This document shows positions 26,387 to 36,323 of a stretch of 64,000 bases of DNA, piece after piece. Made by a program: the position numbers and the translations under genes. Positions within the stretch are counted from its first letter, which is position 1. Each line of letters starts with the position of its first letter. The stretch is from Candidatus Woesearchaeota archaeon. Lineage in GTDB: Archaea; Nanobdellota; Nanobdellia; Pacearchaeales; UBA284. The notes under the pieces were generated by a model. The model saw only the letters and a list, made by a program, of their open reading frames with translations, was not told the origin of the DNA and did not search any database. Where the stretch lies: contig CAYNFE010000002.1 of NCBI GenBank assembly GCA_964396475.1, forward strand, positions 40,306 through 104,305, written 5' to 3'.

Positions 26387-27577
26387 TTAAACTTTCTTCT
26401 TCTGGAAAGAGAAAATAATGAGGAGGAAAGAACCAACAACACCAAATATGAGAGCAAGGGAAAGATTAGCTAGGAAAAACAATAAGAACATGAACAAAGC
26501 TGTTGAAATATGAAGAGTAATTTCACGAATTGCTATTACTTCTGCTATATCTTTCCTTTTTGCCATATCATAATTCAAAGCATCAAAGGCTGTTCCTCCT
26601 GCTGAGGCTGGAGCTACTATTCCAAAGAAGATACCTATACCTAAAACTTGCAAAACTGTTGATATAAGAGATCTGATAAACCATCCAAGAGCAGTAAGAG
26701 AAGAACCTATTCTTAATATAATTCCTTCATTATATTTATCTGATAATTTTCCGACAAAATAAGTTGAGGTTATTGCAACAAAAAGACCTACAGATGTAAG
26801 GGCCCCTACACCTAGATAATTTTTTAGAATAAAGAACATGATCAAAACCCAAGCTAATCCTGCACATCCACACAAAGCATAGCCAACAAAGCCAGATAAA
26901 CCTTTAAGACCTACTCTCTTTATTACACTATTCACTCTTCTAAATGAAAAATCTTTAGGAATATACATTTCTTTAGACATGAATAAAGGAATAGTGGAAA
27001 AAAATAAAAGAACAGAAACTAAAACAAATAAAAAATTAAATCCTAACTTAAGAAGTATAAAACCACCAATGATAGGACCAAGAGCAGCTAATACAGAGCA
27101 GAAAATTTGATAACCTGCTACTTGTTCTGCTCTAAATTTTCTTGAACTAAATCTTGCAAAATCTGTATGGAAATTTACCCAGAAAAAAGAGCTATGCAAT
27201 CCAGCTGCTATCGGTGCTAAAAAGAAAATCCAATTTAGTGTATTAGGTATAACAAATTGTAAAAGTAAATAATATGCTATCAGAAAAGGCATTGATAAAA
27301 GCATTCCGTGTTTAATTCCAATTTTTGTCGATATTTTAGCTGAAAGAAATACTGTCAGTGCAAATGCAGCAGAAACAATAGAATAAAAAAGAAATATGTA
27401 CCTAATATCAAAACCCTGCTGGAAAAGATAGATTGGAACAAAAACACCTATTAAAGCTATAGCAAAAGCTCTTCCAGCTACTGTGAGATAGACTTCGCTA
27501 AGTTCCCTATTCAGAAAATAATTAAAAAAATTATGGTGATGATGTATATGTGGCATTTTTCCTCTTTTTGAGAACAA
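26387..27577 (-). CDS. major facilitator superfamily (MFS) transporter
   Basis: 396 aa with about 12 hydrophobic helices and the MFS-like loop motif GKLSDKYNEG. His-rich N-terminus (MPHIHHHH). Confidence 0.65.
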   Translation of the reverse strand: MFSKRGKMPHIHHHHNFFNYFLNRELSEVYLTVAGRAFAIALIGVFVPIYLFQQGFDIRYIFLFYSIVSAAFALTVFLSAKISTKIGIKHGMLLSMPFLIAYYLLLQFVIPNTLNWIFFLAPIAAGLHSSFFWVNFHTDFARFSSRKFRAEQVAGYQIFCSVLAALGPIIGGFILLKLGFNFLFVLVSVLLFFSTIPLFMSKEMYIPKDFSFRRVNSVIKRVGLKGLSGFVGYALCGCAGLAWVLIMFFILKNYLGVGALTSVGLFVAITSTYFVGKLSDKYNEGIILRIGSSLTALGWFIRSLISTVLQVLGIGIFFGIVAPASAGGTAFDALNYDMAKRKDIAEVIAIREITLHISTALFMFLLFFLANLSLALIFGVVGSFLLIIFSFQKKKV

Positions 27578-27617
27578 GAATAATAAGATTTAATAATCTT
27601 TTCTTACTCTTTTCTTT

Positions 27618-28808
27618 ATGTTAATAGGTATAGTCGGAAAGCCCAATGTTGGTAAGAGTACATTTTTCAAAGCTTCTACTCTTGCTGAAGTAGCTATAGC
27701 ATCTTATCCATTCACGACTATTAAAGCTAATGAAGGGGTTGGGTTTGTTAAAGTAAAATGTCCAGAACAAGAGCTCAAGATAAAATGCAAGCCAAATCAT
27801 GGTTTCTGTTTAGAAGGATGGAGGTTTATTCCTGTAAAGCTTCTCGACGTAGCAGGATTAGTTCCAGGAGCTCATAAAGGCAAGGGTCTAGGAAATAAGT
27901 TTTTAGATGATTTAAGACAGGCTGATGCTCTTATTCATGTTATAGATATTAGTGGAACAACAAATGAAGAAGGTAAAAAAACGCAGGGTTATGACCCTTC
28001 TTATGATATAAAATTCCTGGAAGATGAATTAGATCATTGGTTTTATAATATAATTGGTGGAAATTGGGCAAATATAATAAGAAAAATTAAAATAACTGAC
28101 GTCAAACCGATAGAACTTCTTGCAGAAAAATTTTCTGGTTTAAAAATCACAGAAAATATGATTAAAATTGCAATTAAAAATTGCGCTCTGAGTGATGATT
28201 TTCCATCTTGGAGCGATGAACAACTTTTAATTTTTGTAAGACAACTTAGAAAATCAAGCAAACCAATAATCATAGCAGCAAATAAAATAGATAAGTCAGA
28301 TGGATTAAATAATTATAATAAATTAAGGGCAGATTTTCCAAACTATATAATTATTCCATGTTCTGCTGAAAGTGAATTAGCATTAAGAGAGGCTGCTCGA
28401 GATAAAAAAATAGATTATATTCCAGGAAGCATTGAATTTTCAGAAAAAGAAGATAAACTGACAGATAAACAAAAAAAAGCTCTTGAATTTATTAAAGAAA
28501 AAATTCTTAAAAAATTTAGAGAGGGAACAGGAGTTCAAACATGTCTTAATCATGCTATATTTGCTCTTCTTAAACAAATTGTTATTTATCCGGTAGAAAA
28601 TGAAAATCATTTTACAGATTCTAAAAATAATGTTCTTCCAGATGCCTTGCTTCTAAAAGATGGCTCTACAGCTATTGATTTAGCATATGCTGTCCATAGT
28701 GATATAGGAGATGCTTTTATTTCTGCAATAGATGCTCGTACACACAAGAGGCTGGCTAAGGATTATCAATTGAAGGATAATGATATTATAAGAATAATGA
28801 CTAAATAG
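27618..28808 (+). CDS. ychF: YchF/OLA1-family (Obg-like) ATPase/GTPase with C-terminal TGS domain
   Basis: MLIGIVGKPNVGKSTFFKA (G1 motif), SYPFTTIKANEGV (Obg-family PFTT switch) and DVAGLVPGAHKGKGLGNKFL. The C-terminal TGS-like segment ends ...NDIIRIMTK. Confidence 0.75.
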   Translation: MLIGIVGKPNVGKSTFFKASTLAEVAIASYPFTTIKANEGVGFVKVKCPEQELKIKCKPNHGFCLEGWRFIPVKLLDVAGLVPGAHKGKGLGNKFLDDLRQADALIHVIDISGTTNEEGKKTQGYDPSYDIKFLEDELDHWFYNIIGGNWANIIRKIKITDVKPIELLAEKFSGLKITENMIKIAIKNCALSDDFPSWSDEQLLIFVRQLRKSSKPIIIAANKIDKSDGLNNYNKLRADFPNYIIIPCSAESELALREAARDKKIDYIPGSIEFSEKEDKLTDKQKKALEFIKEKILKKFREGTGVQTCLNHAIFALLKQIVIYPVENENHFTDSKNNVLPDALLLKDGSTAIDLAYAVHSDIGDAFISAIDARTHKRLAKDYQLKDNDIIRIMTK

Positions 28809-28852
28809 CATAAAAATTTAAATATCTTCTTTTATCATTTATTTAGTTAAAA

Positions 28853-29263
28853 ATGAATAATACTAATAATAATAAAATTAATAATGAAGGATTAAAATAT
28901 TTATTTTCAAATAATAATCTTGAAAAAGCAAAAGAGAATATAAAAAAAAGATTTGGGGAGAGATGTTTTTGTAACCAGAAAAATAGATTAGATAGATTAT
29001 CCAAAACAGTAAATCTAATTAAACAAGGAAAAAATTTTGGTTTGGATAGTGATAAAAAATTTTATGATTATATAAAAGAAGAGATTGGTTGTAGTTTAGA
29101 AACAGCAAGAGGACTCATTCGAAGGATATTTCTTGAATCAATGACTAAAGAACAAATTATGGATAGAGATTCAACTACTAAATATAGTCATAAAAAAAGT
29201 ATTTATGGCATACCTATTTATAATATAATTAGAAGTAATTATCGTTATGTTAAAGATGCATAA
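28853..29263 (+). CDS. hypothetical protein
   Basis: 136-aa ORF. Asn-rich N-terminus. Confidence 0.35.
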   Translation: MNNTNNNKINNEGLKYLFSNNNLEKAKENIKKRFGERCFCNQKNRLDRLSKTVNLIKQGKNFGLDSDKKFYDYIKEEIGCSLETARGLIRRIFLESMTKEQIMDRDSTTKYSHKKSIYGIPIYNIIRSNYRYVKDA

Positions 29264-29425
29264 AAAGAAAAGCACCCCTTTTTGCCCCCTCCTTTCCCAG
29301 GACAAAAACTGCCTTTTTCTCGGCTAGTCTACTTCTTTATGTTCTGTTTGTATATAAATATAGTTAAGGAAAAATATAATAGACAGAATATAAGCAAAAG
29401 AAAAATAAGCTTTGTAAATTATATT

Positions 29426-29896
29426 TTAGAAAAAATCTTTTAAATTTCTTTGTTTAAGAATTTTCATTAGAAAATCATTAGCTCTTGTAAGTAATTCTTT
29501 AACTCCTTTCACTCTAATTATTTTCATTGCTTCTTCATAAGTGCACCATTTAAAATTCTCATGCTCATGACTTATCCTTACATTCCATGTCTCTGTCTTA
29601 GCAAGCAAGAAAACAGCTTCTTTTCTAACAAGCTGGCCTTTAAGACGATAAAACCACTGCTGCGTCTCTCTAAAATGAGGTATAAAAACCAAATCAGTTA
29701 TCCCTACCTCTTCTAAAGATTCTCGAAAAGCTGTTTGTTCCTCTGTCTCCCCTGGCTCAACCAAACCCTTGACAAGACCCCAGTAAGTAGGATATTTCAC
29801 AAGAAGATAGTTTGGTTGTCCTTTAGAAATATGAAAAATAACAGCTCCACAGCTTAATTCATATTTTGTTTTTCTTCTTTTCCTTTTTCTTTCCAT
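29426..29896 (-). CDS. NUDIX hydrolase
   Basis: Nudix box GLVEPGETEEQTAFRESLEEVGI (G-x5-E-x7-REUxEExGU). Confidence 0.75.
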   Translation of the reverse strand: MERKRKRRKTKYELSCGAVIFHISKGQPNYLLVKYPTYWGLVKGLVEPGETEEQTAFRESLEEVGITDLVFIPHFRETQQWFYRLKGQLVRKEAVFLLAKTETWNVRISHEHENFKWCTYEEAMKIIRVKGVKELLTRANDFLMKILKQRNLKDFF

Positions 29897-29947
29897 TAGA
29901 GGATAGGGGAGAGAAGAGTTTTTAAAGTTTTAAGAATTTAAAAGAAT

Positions 29948-30391
29948 ATGATGAAATACAAGCTGGCAACAGCAAAAGAAGCTTCTGGAATTGCAAAGTT
30001 ACTTCAGAAAAAATATGGTAAAGACTACAAACCAATAAAATTCACATCAAACTTTGTTAGGGAGAGATTGAGAAGAAAAGGTGTCTTCTATGTAGTTGCT
30101 ATTGAGAATAAAAAAATAGTAGGAACAATGAGAGCAACTGTTGTAGATCTTGATTTAGTTGAACTACGCCATGAAGTTTTTTCTGATGAAAAGATTGGCA
30201 AAGGACTAGTTGAAAAGATGCTCTCAACTTTAAAAAAGAAGAGAATGAGAAAAGTTATTGCAAGAACTATATCTACAGACAAACTTAACAATAAAGTATA
30301 CAAGGGATTAAAATTCAGAAAAGAGGGTTTATTCAAAAACCATTATAGAAAAGGAACACACATCATACAGTATGCTAAATTTTTAAGATAA
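29948..30391 (+). CDS. GNAT-family N-acetyltransferase (tentative)
   Basis: ~147 aa with acetyl-CoA-binding-like segment KIGKGLVEKMLSTLKKKRMRKVIA (Q/R-x2-G-x-G/A pattern) and GNAT-like length and organisation. Confidence 0.5.
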   Translation: MMKYKLATAKEASGIAKLLQKKYGKDYKPIKFTSNFVRERLRRKGVFYVVAIENKKIVGTMRATVVDLDLVELRHEVFSDEKIGKGLVEKMLSTLKKKRMRKVIARTISTDKLNNKVYKGLKFRKEGLFKNHYRKGTHIIQYAKFLR

Positions 30392-31366
30392 AAACAAACA
30401 ATCCTTTAAATTCTTGTCAAATCTTAGTCTCATAAAGCTAGCTTCTTCGATGAGTTTATCTTTTGTTAGTTCTTGATATTTTATTTCAGCTATCAACTCT
30501 GGCTTAGTCCATATTACTTTTTCTTTTATCTTACTTTGTATTTTACTTTGCTCTTCTTCATTCAATTCTGATTTTTCTATTGTTAATTTTTTAATTCTTT
30601 TTGTGAGTCTTTTTAACAAGCTTCTGTTGAATCCTGTTTCTACCTTTCCAATAAAAACAAGTTCACCTTTATCTGGAACATGAACAGCCAGAACTAAAGA
30701 ATCAAAATATTTTTCTCTCTCATCTTTTCCTTTAGTGAAACCAACAATAATAGTATCTAAAGTATCTATACTCTTTATCTTGAGCCATGACCAGCTTCTC
30801 TTGTCTTGCTCATATCTACTGCCTAATTCTTTTGCTATCATTCCTTCAATCTCTTGCTCTTGAACTTGTTTCCAGAATTCTCTTCCTTTTGTTGTGTATG
30901 GTGCCAGAGAGATAAAAGGGCTATTCTTTATCATCTCTCTTAGAATTCTTTTCCTATCTCCAAGAGGTTTATTTATTAACTGTTTATTATTTTTTTCCAG
31001 AACATCAAAGACAAATAAAATGGATGGAATTGTCCTGCTTCTTGATTCTATCCCCATCTTATTATCAAGTTGCTCTCTCTGCTGCAATAAATTATAATCT
31101 GGCTTTCCTTTTTTATTAAGAACAACAAGTTCAGCATCTAATACACAAGTTTCACAATTAATATTCCTAGGAATCTCTAAAAGTTCTGGATACTTGAAAG
31201 TTATGTCTTTTCCTCTTCTGTTTATAAGTTCAATATCATTTCCTTCCTTATATATTAAAACTCTGGTGCCATCAAACTTTGGTTCAAAAATATATCCAGC
31301 TAAACTCTTTCTGTTAAGAATATCACTATTCCCTAACTTAGCTAGCATAATTTGATATTTTTCCAT
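30383..31366 (-). CDS. short ATP-dependent DNA (or RNA) ligase, adenylation plus OB domains only
   Basis: Motif I KxDGxR is present as EPKFDGTRVLIY. Size of 327 aa is that of minimal ATP-dependent ligases (LigC/viral-like), not the ~600-aa replicative Lig1. Confidence 0.6.
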   Translation of the reverse strand: MEKYQIMLAKLGNSDILNRKSLAGYIFEPKFDGTRVLIYKEGNDIELINRRGKDITFKYPELLEIPRNINCETCVLDAELVVLNKKGKPDYNLLQQREQLDNKMGIESRSRTIPSILFVFDVLEKNNKQLINKPLGDRKRILREMIKNSPFISLAPYTTKGREFWKQVQEQEIEGMIAKELGSRYEQDKRSWSWLKIKSIDTLDTIIVGFTKGKDEREKYFDSLVLAVHVPDKGELVFIGKVETGFNRSLLKRLTKRIKKLTIEKSELNEEEQSKIQSKIKEKVIWTKPELIAEIKYQELTKDKLIEEASFMRLRFDKNLKDCLFLS

Positions 31367-31616
31367 ATTTTCTTCCTTGATTATTTTTTTTGATGTGTAT
31401 ATTATGAATTTCTTTAAGTATCCCAGTAATAAATTTTTCTATCTCTTTATCATTATCATAATATAAATATACCTCACAAGCGCAGTGTGCTCCATATTCT
31501 AGTTTTGGATCTATCACTCTTTTTTGTTTTAATGAAAATTCTGTGTTTAATCTAGATTTTAATCCTTTATTCTTACATTTATTTATCTTACACTGTATAT
31601 CTATTTTACAAATCAT
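31338..31616 (-). CDS. hypothetical Cys-containing small protein
   Basis: 92-aa ORF overlapping the ligase gene start by 29 nt. Weak evidence. Confidence 0.25.
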   Translation of the reverse strand: MICKIDIQCKINKCKNKGLKSRLNTEFSLKQKRVIDPKLEYGAHCACEVYLYYDNDKEIEKFITGILKEIHNIHIKKNNQGRKYGKISNYAS

Positions 31617-31768
31617 TCTCTCCCTTTTCCTTTTTCTCTTTTTTCCATTTTAACAAAGAAATCTAAATTTAAAAAACTTGTTCTAAGGTGTTATGATTAA
31701 AAATATATTATAAAAAACAATGAATAGATTGGCAAAAGATTTAAATATAATGTGGCTTTGTAAAAAAT

Positions 31769-32044
31769 ATGACTTCAAAAATTTGTCCATGGTGTGGTAG
31801 AGTTCTTGAAATAAAAGCTTTAGATCTAGGTTCAACCATAAAATACGTATGTGGAAGATGTGGTTTTAAGATAAAAGAATTTGATAAACCACAACCACCT
31901 AAAGAAGAACCTAAACCAGAAGTTGTTGAAGTTAAACAGGCTGAAATTCCCGTAACAAAACAAACACCAACATGGCCATTCATTCTTGGGGCTATAGTTT
32001 TGATAATTATAATCATAGCTTTAGTTAAAATATTCTTAGTTTAA
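31769..32044 (+). CDS. zinc-ribbon protein with C-terminal TM anchor, hypothetical
   Basis: CPWCG...CGRCG zinc ribbon, then a Pro/Glu/Lys linker and a TM helix (WPFILGAIVLIIIIIALV). Confidence 0.4.
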   Translation: MTSKICPWCGRVLEIKALDLGSTIKYVCGRCGFKIKEFDKPQPPKEEPKPEVVEVKQAEIPVTKQTPTWPFILGAIVLIIIIIALVKIFLV

Positions 32045-32170
32045 ATAAAAAGTAAGATTTATAGTAGATTTCTATTATTCAAACAAAAAAATCCATTGAG
32101 TATTAAAGAGAGAAAAATCTGGATAAGAAAGAAATTCTTTTATTCTAGAATTAAACTCTTTAAAATTCTC

Positions 32171-32518
32171 TTATTCAACTTTTTCTTCAGTTTTCTCTTC
32201 AGCGGTCTCAGCTTCTTTAGGAGCTTCACCTGCTCCGATAACTTCTATTTTTCCTTGTCTTCCGGTTGTGACTTGTTTTTCTCCCTGAAAGTCCTTACAA
32301 AATCCATCTGTCAACTTAATCTTGTCTCCAACACTGATTTGATCTACTTGTTCATTCCATAGAGACAATTTCACTTTTCCTGTGTCATCCTCGATAGTTG
32401 CTGTTGCTACACGAATAGGCCTACCAAAACGAACAAAGGTCCTGGCTTCTTCTACATCGATAACTTTGGCTTCTTCTAAGTCTGCTTTTTGACCGACTTT
32501 TAAATCCGCAATTTTCAT
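32171..32518 (-). CDS. ssb: single-stranded DNA-binding protein (OB-fold, crenarchaeal-SSB-like) with acidic tail
   Basis: MKIADLKVGQKADLEEAKVIDVEEARTF...IRVATATIEDDTGKVKLSLWNEQVDQISVGDKIKL follows the OB-fold SSB pattern (...GDETG.VKLTLW...). The acidic C-terminus EAETAEEKTEEKVE is typical of SSBs. It lies downstream of rfcS-rfcL. Confidence 0.6.
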   Translation of the reverse strand: MKIADLKVGQKADLEEAKVIDVEEARTFVRFGRPIRVATATIEDDTGKVKLSLWNEQVDQISVGDKIKLTDGFCKDFQGEKQVTTGRQGKIEVIGAGEAPKEAETAEEKTEEKVE

Positions 32519-32565
32519 TTTTCTCTTATATATTTTTATTTAGTATTAAATACAAATTTATATTT

Positions 32566-33714
32566 TTAAAGGTTTGTGATAGGAATATTATTCTGGAAAG
32601 TGATTTCTAAGAAAGGAAGCTCTTTGTATGCTCTTTTTTTTGATGTATGTATTATTTTAGCCAGTTTCTCAGCTATCTCTTTTCTTTTTGCTTGTTTTTG
32701 ATTTGCTATCCATATTTTAAGTATACGAGAAGGCGGCTTATAAGATGTGTAATCTTGCTTAGATTTTTCCTTTGAATTTGAAATGCCTTCTGTGAGAAAG
32801 GCATTTATATATACAAGAAAACGCCAGTGTTGCCATCTTCTAATGCGACCTCTAAAAACATCTGCCTTGCTTAAAGCATCATATGCTTTAACTAACTCTT
32901 TACCTTGATATTCTAAAGGAAGGTTTTCATCTATCCACAAGAATAAATCATTATTATTAATATTCTGTACATTATCAAACGCTTTTAGTACTCCTCCTTT
33001 AGATTTGAATATTCGTCTCAGAGAATTAAAAATATTCTCATCTTTTTCTCTATAACATAAATCTAAAGCATTTTTTTTGGTTATTTCCTTATGTGCAGAA
33101 GAAAGAACTTGTAAATCAGTTATTGCTGCTCTTGCATCACCTTTTACTGTTGATGAAATGCATTCAAGAGCATCATCAGAAATTTTTATCTTCTCTTTTT
33201 TTGCAATCTTTTTCAGTAAAGAAAAAAGAATCTCTTTATCTATTGTTTTAAGTTCAATGAATTGTGTTTTTGATCTTAATGGCCTTAATTTGGATTGCCA
33301 TGCATCATTTGCTACTAAAATTATTGGAAATGTTGTTTCTGATATTAATCTTATAAGTTCTCTCAAGCCCCCTCTGTCCCTTGTTCCAGTTATACCATCA
33401 ACTTCATCTACAAGAATCAGCTTGCCTTTTGAAAATAAGCTCTGTTGTTTTAAAGCCTGTCCTATAACCTCATGAATTTGTTGCTTAGTTCTGAAATCAC
33501 TAGCATTCATCTCAATAATCTCATAATTAAAACCTAGAGCAAGAGTATAGGCTATAGAAGTCTTTCCGCTTCCAGCCGGACCATGAAGCATCACAGCTTT
33601 CTTTCTCTGTCTAGAAAAGTCCTTTATAAAATCAAGAATTTTCTTTTTGGCTTCAAAATTTCCAACTACTTCATTAAGTTTTTTAGGTCTGTATTTTTCT
33701 GCCCAAGGAATCAT
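32566..33714 (-). CDS. rfcL: replication factor C large subunit (short form)
   Basis: MIPWAEKYRPKKLNEVVGN...VMLHGPAGSGKTS (RFC box II/III) and DEVDG (Walker B). It is immediately downstream of rfcS. Confidence 0.8.
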   Translation of the reverse strand: MIPWAEKYRPKKLNEVVGNFEAKKKILDFIKDFSRQRKKAVMLHGPAGSGKTSIAYTLALGFNYEIIEMNASDFRTKQQIHEVIGQALKQQSLFSKGKLILVDEVDGITGTRDRGGLRELIRLISETTFPIILVANDAWQSKLRPLRSKTQFIELKTIDKEILFSLLKKIAKKEKIKISDDALECISSTVKGDARAAITDLQVLSSAHKEITKKNALDLCYREKDENIFNSLRRIFKSKGGVLKAFDNVQNINNNDLFLWIDENLPLEYQGKELVKAYDALSKADVFRGRIRRWQHWRFLVYINAFLTEGISNSKEKSKQDYTSYKPPSRILKIWIANQKQAKRKEIAEKLAKIIHTSKKRAYKELPFLEITFQNNIPITNL

Positions 33715-33740
33715 TTTCCTATTTATTTTTCTTTTTTTAT

Positions 33741-34715
33741 TTATTTTTTAGCAAGAATGAATGATGCAAGAAGAGATTCTAATTGAATAAAATCATCACT
33801 ACCTTCGACTAGTCTAAACTCAGTTTCCCCACATTTCTCTACTAATTTTAATTTTTCTTCTTCTTTTATATTGAGATTCCATATTTCTCTTTGTACTGCT
33901 TTGATTATGTCCAAGCCGCTAAGACCTTGTTTTAACATTACATCAAGAAGTTTATTTCGCGCATCAAGGAAAGAACCTCTCAAAGCAAGTTCAAGAATGC
34001 TCTTTATGTCTGCTGGTTTTGCTTCTGCTATAATTTCATAAATTGTATTTTCATCTATATTTTTAGTAATGCTTGCACTGGCTTGCAATATATTAATGAC
34101 TCTTCTCAAGTCACCATGGCTAACATCACAAAGACTTTCTATAGCTTTATTATTAATTTTAAATTTCTCTTGTTTTGCTATTCTTTCTATAATCTTAGCC
34201 GTATCTTTTTTATCTAACAATTTAAATCTAAATACACTACATCTGCTTTGAATTGGATCAATAATCTTACTGCTAATATTACAACTTAAGATAAAACGAC
34301 ATGTTCCTGTGAAGATTTCCATTGTTCTCCTCAAGGCTTGCTGGGCTTCCTTAGTGAGAGCATCAGATTCATCAAGAAAAATTATTTTGAATGGTCCACT
34401 GAAAGCTTTTGTTCTTGCAAAACTCTTAACCTTGCGTCTTACAACATCTATTCCTCTTTCATCAGAAGCATTAAGCTCTAAAAAATTCTCATTCCAACTA
34501 GGCCCAAAGAATTTTTTTGCTACAATTAATGCTAGGGTTGTTTTTCCACTTCCTGCAGGTCCAGAAAATAACAAATGAGGCATGTTTTGATTCTGCACAA
34601 AAGCCTTGGCTCTTTTCACAATTTCAGGATGACCAAGTACTTCAGAAAATTCTCTAGGACGGTATTTCTCAGTCCAGATCATACTCTCTTCTTTTTGTCC
34701 CTTAACCTTTGCCAT
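33741..34715 (-). CDS. rfcS: replication factor C small subunit
   Basis: WTEKYRP, LLFSGPAGSGKTT, FLDESDALT and the SRC motif (QSRCSVFRF). The start is set at MAKVKGQ (34715) because a TATA-like ATTTATAAAAA lies 21-31 nt upstream on the coding strand. The ORF track extends the frame to 34760. Confidence 0.8.
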   Translation of the reverse strand: MAKVKGQKEESMIWTEKYRPREFSEVLGHPEIVKRAKAFVQNQNMPHLLFSGPAGSGKTTLALIVAKKFFGPSWNENFLELNASDERGIDVVRRKVKSFARTKAFSGPFKIIFLDESDALTKEAQQALRRTMEIFTGTCRFILSCNISSKIIDPIQSRCSVFRFKLLDKKDTAKIIERIAKQEKFKINNKAIESLCDVSHGDLRRVINILQASASITKNIDENTIYEIIAEAKPADIKSILELALRGSFLDARNKLLDVMLKQGLSGLDIIKAVQREIWNLNIKEEEKLKLVEKCGETEFRLVEGSDDFIQLESLLASFILAKK

Positions 34716-34824
34716 TTTAAGAAAAGAGGAGAAGTTTTTATAAATCTTATGTCTCAACATTTATAATCCCTTAAAAGTAAGAACAAGAAAAAGATTTAAA
34801 TATAACCTTCAGTTTTTAATTTTA

Positions 34825-35442
34825 ATGTTACAATTCAAAAAATATTTTAATTTTAATTATTGGACAGCAAAATTAAGAAATTATGATAAGATTGAAAAAC
34901 AGCAAAGAAACATTAATGAATTAAAAACTAAGAAAAACAATTTAGAAAATAAAATATTAGATTTAAAAGAAGAAATAGAAACTCTTGACTCAATGTGTGG
35001 TGAGACAGAAAAAGAAAAATTGAAATTTAAGAAAGAACTTAAAGAAACTGAAGAAAAATTAAGAGGAATATGTGGGGATTCTAAATATAAAGAGAAAATT
35101 CTTCTCTTGCCAAAAAAAGAGATTGAAGTATTGATAAGCTTTATTCCACAAAAGAAATCTAGAAATTATAAACCATATATTAAAATGAGTCATCCTCATG
35201 AAAAATATAAAGCACTTATACGCTTTTTTAAAAAAGTAAATTCTATAGATTATGTTTTAGGAGTAACTTGTGGGGAGTTTAAGAAAGTAAAATTACCACA
35301 AATTAAGAAAATCACTAAAGATGAAATTTTAGGTATTTATCCTGTTGATGGTCTTGGTCATTTCTTTAAAGTTGAAACTACAGCAAAAGATATTAAAGAA
35401 CAAGAATATATCGCAAAATTAATAAAAAACATTTGGTTTTGA
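34825..35442 (+). CDS. coiled-coil protein, hypothetical
   Basis: 205 aa. The N-terminal half is heptad-rich and K/E-rich. Confidence 0.4.
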   Translation: MLQFKKYFNFNYWTAKLRNYDKIEKQQRNINELKTKKNNLENKILDLKEEIETLDSMCGETEKEKLKFKKELKETEEKLRGICGDSKYKEKILLLPKKEIEVLISFIPQKKSRNYKPYIKMSHPHEKYKALIRFFKKVNSIDYVLGVTCGEFKKVKLPQIKKITKDEILGIYPVDGLGHFFKVETTAKDIKEQEYIAKLIKNIWF

Positions 35443-35444
35443 TC

Positions 35445-36308
35445 CTAGGAAATTCTAGAAATAACAAACTTTGATCCGGCAAATGCTGAGATTATTGCTG
35501 TTATTGATAAATTATTAATTTTTGTCTTAAATATAGGTTCAGTTAATGGCTGTTCAGCTCTATCAGCAAATTTCTGAACAATTTCTCTTATCTCATCTTC
35601 AGTTAACTTAATTTTAGTTTCTTTAACAATTTCTTTAGTTATTTTAATTGGAATATTTGCTCCATCACACTGTATAACAGAGATTGTTTTATCTTTAATA
35701 AAAATATTTAATTTTCCTAAATCTAATGTGACTAATGCAATAGATTTTTCTTTAGGTTTTTCTGGAGGAGCAGGAGCTGGATAAACAGGAGCTTCAGGAT
35801 AGGGCATTTCTTCTGTAGGGGGGGCCATAGCCTCTTCTTCAGGCGGTCTTGCTGGAGGTCTTGGTGGAGGTAAGGGCCAGTCTTTTCTAATCTCTGGTTT
35901 TAGTAGGGTTGGTAGAGGTCTTTTGTAAATAGGAGCTTCTTCCATTGCTTCAGGGGTTGGTTTTGGAGCTATTTCAACTCTCTCTATTTTTTCTCTTGGT
36001 TTTTCAATTTTTTCTTCTTCAATCGTCAAAGGTTTAAGTTTCTGTCTCATTTTTTTTCTCCTCATCACGCTTGGCCTTAGTTTTTTTTCAACCATAACTA
36101 TTCTTTTTTCTATCGTTTTTTCTCCTTTCTTAACTTTCCTAGTTTCTTTTTTTTCCTCAGCTTGTTGTTTTTCTTTAGCTAACATCAATTGTTTCATAAA
36201 AGAAATCAAAAATTCTTTTTCTTTACTTGACTTACTTGAGATCTTTGCTTTTTTGACTGCAGATTTTGCAACTTCTATTTCACTCTTTATTTTTGCCTTC
36301 TGTACCAT
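35445..36308 (-). CDS. Pro-rich / Lys-Glu-rich protein, hypothetical
   Basis: Central PPPRPPARPPEEE...PYPEAPVYPAPAPPEKP low-complexity segment. The C-terminal ~100 aa are globular. Confidence 0.4.
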   Translation of the reverse strand: MVQKAKIKSEIEVAKSAVKKAKISSKSSKEKEFLISFMKQLMLAKEKQQAEEKKETRKVKKGEKTIEKRIVMVEKKLRPSVMRRKKMRQKLKPLTIEEEKIEKPREKIERVEIAPKPTPEAMEEAPIYKRPLPTLLKPEIRKDWPLPPPRPPARPPEEEAMAPPTEEMPYPEAPVYPAPAPPEKPKEKSIALVTLDLGKLNIFIKDKTISVIQCDGANIPIKITKEIVKETKIKLTEDEIREIVQKFADRAEQPLTEPIFKTKINNLSITAIISAFAGSKFVISRIS

Positions 36309-36323
36309 TTTAGAAGTTCAATA

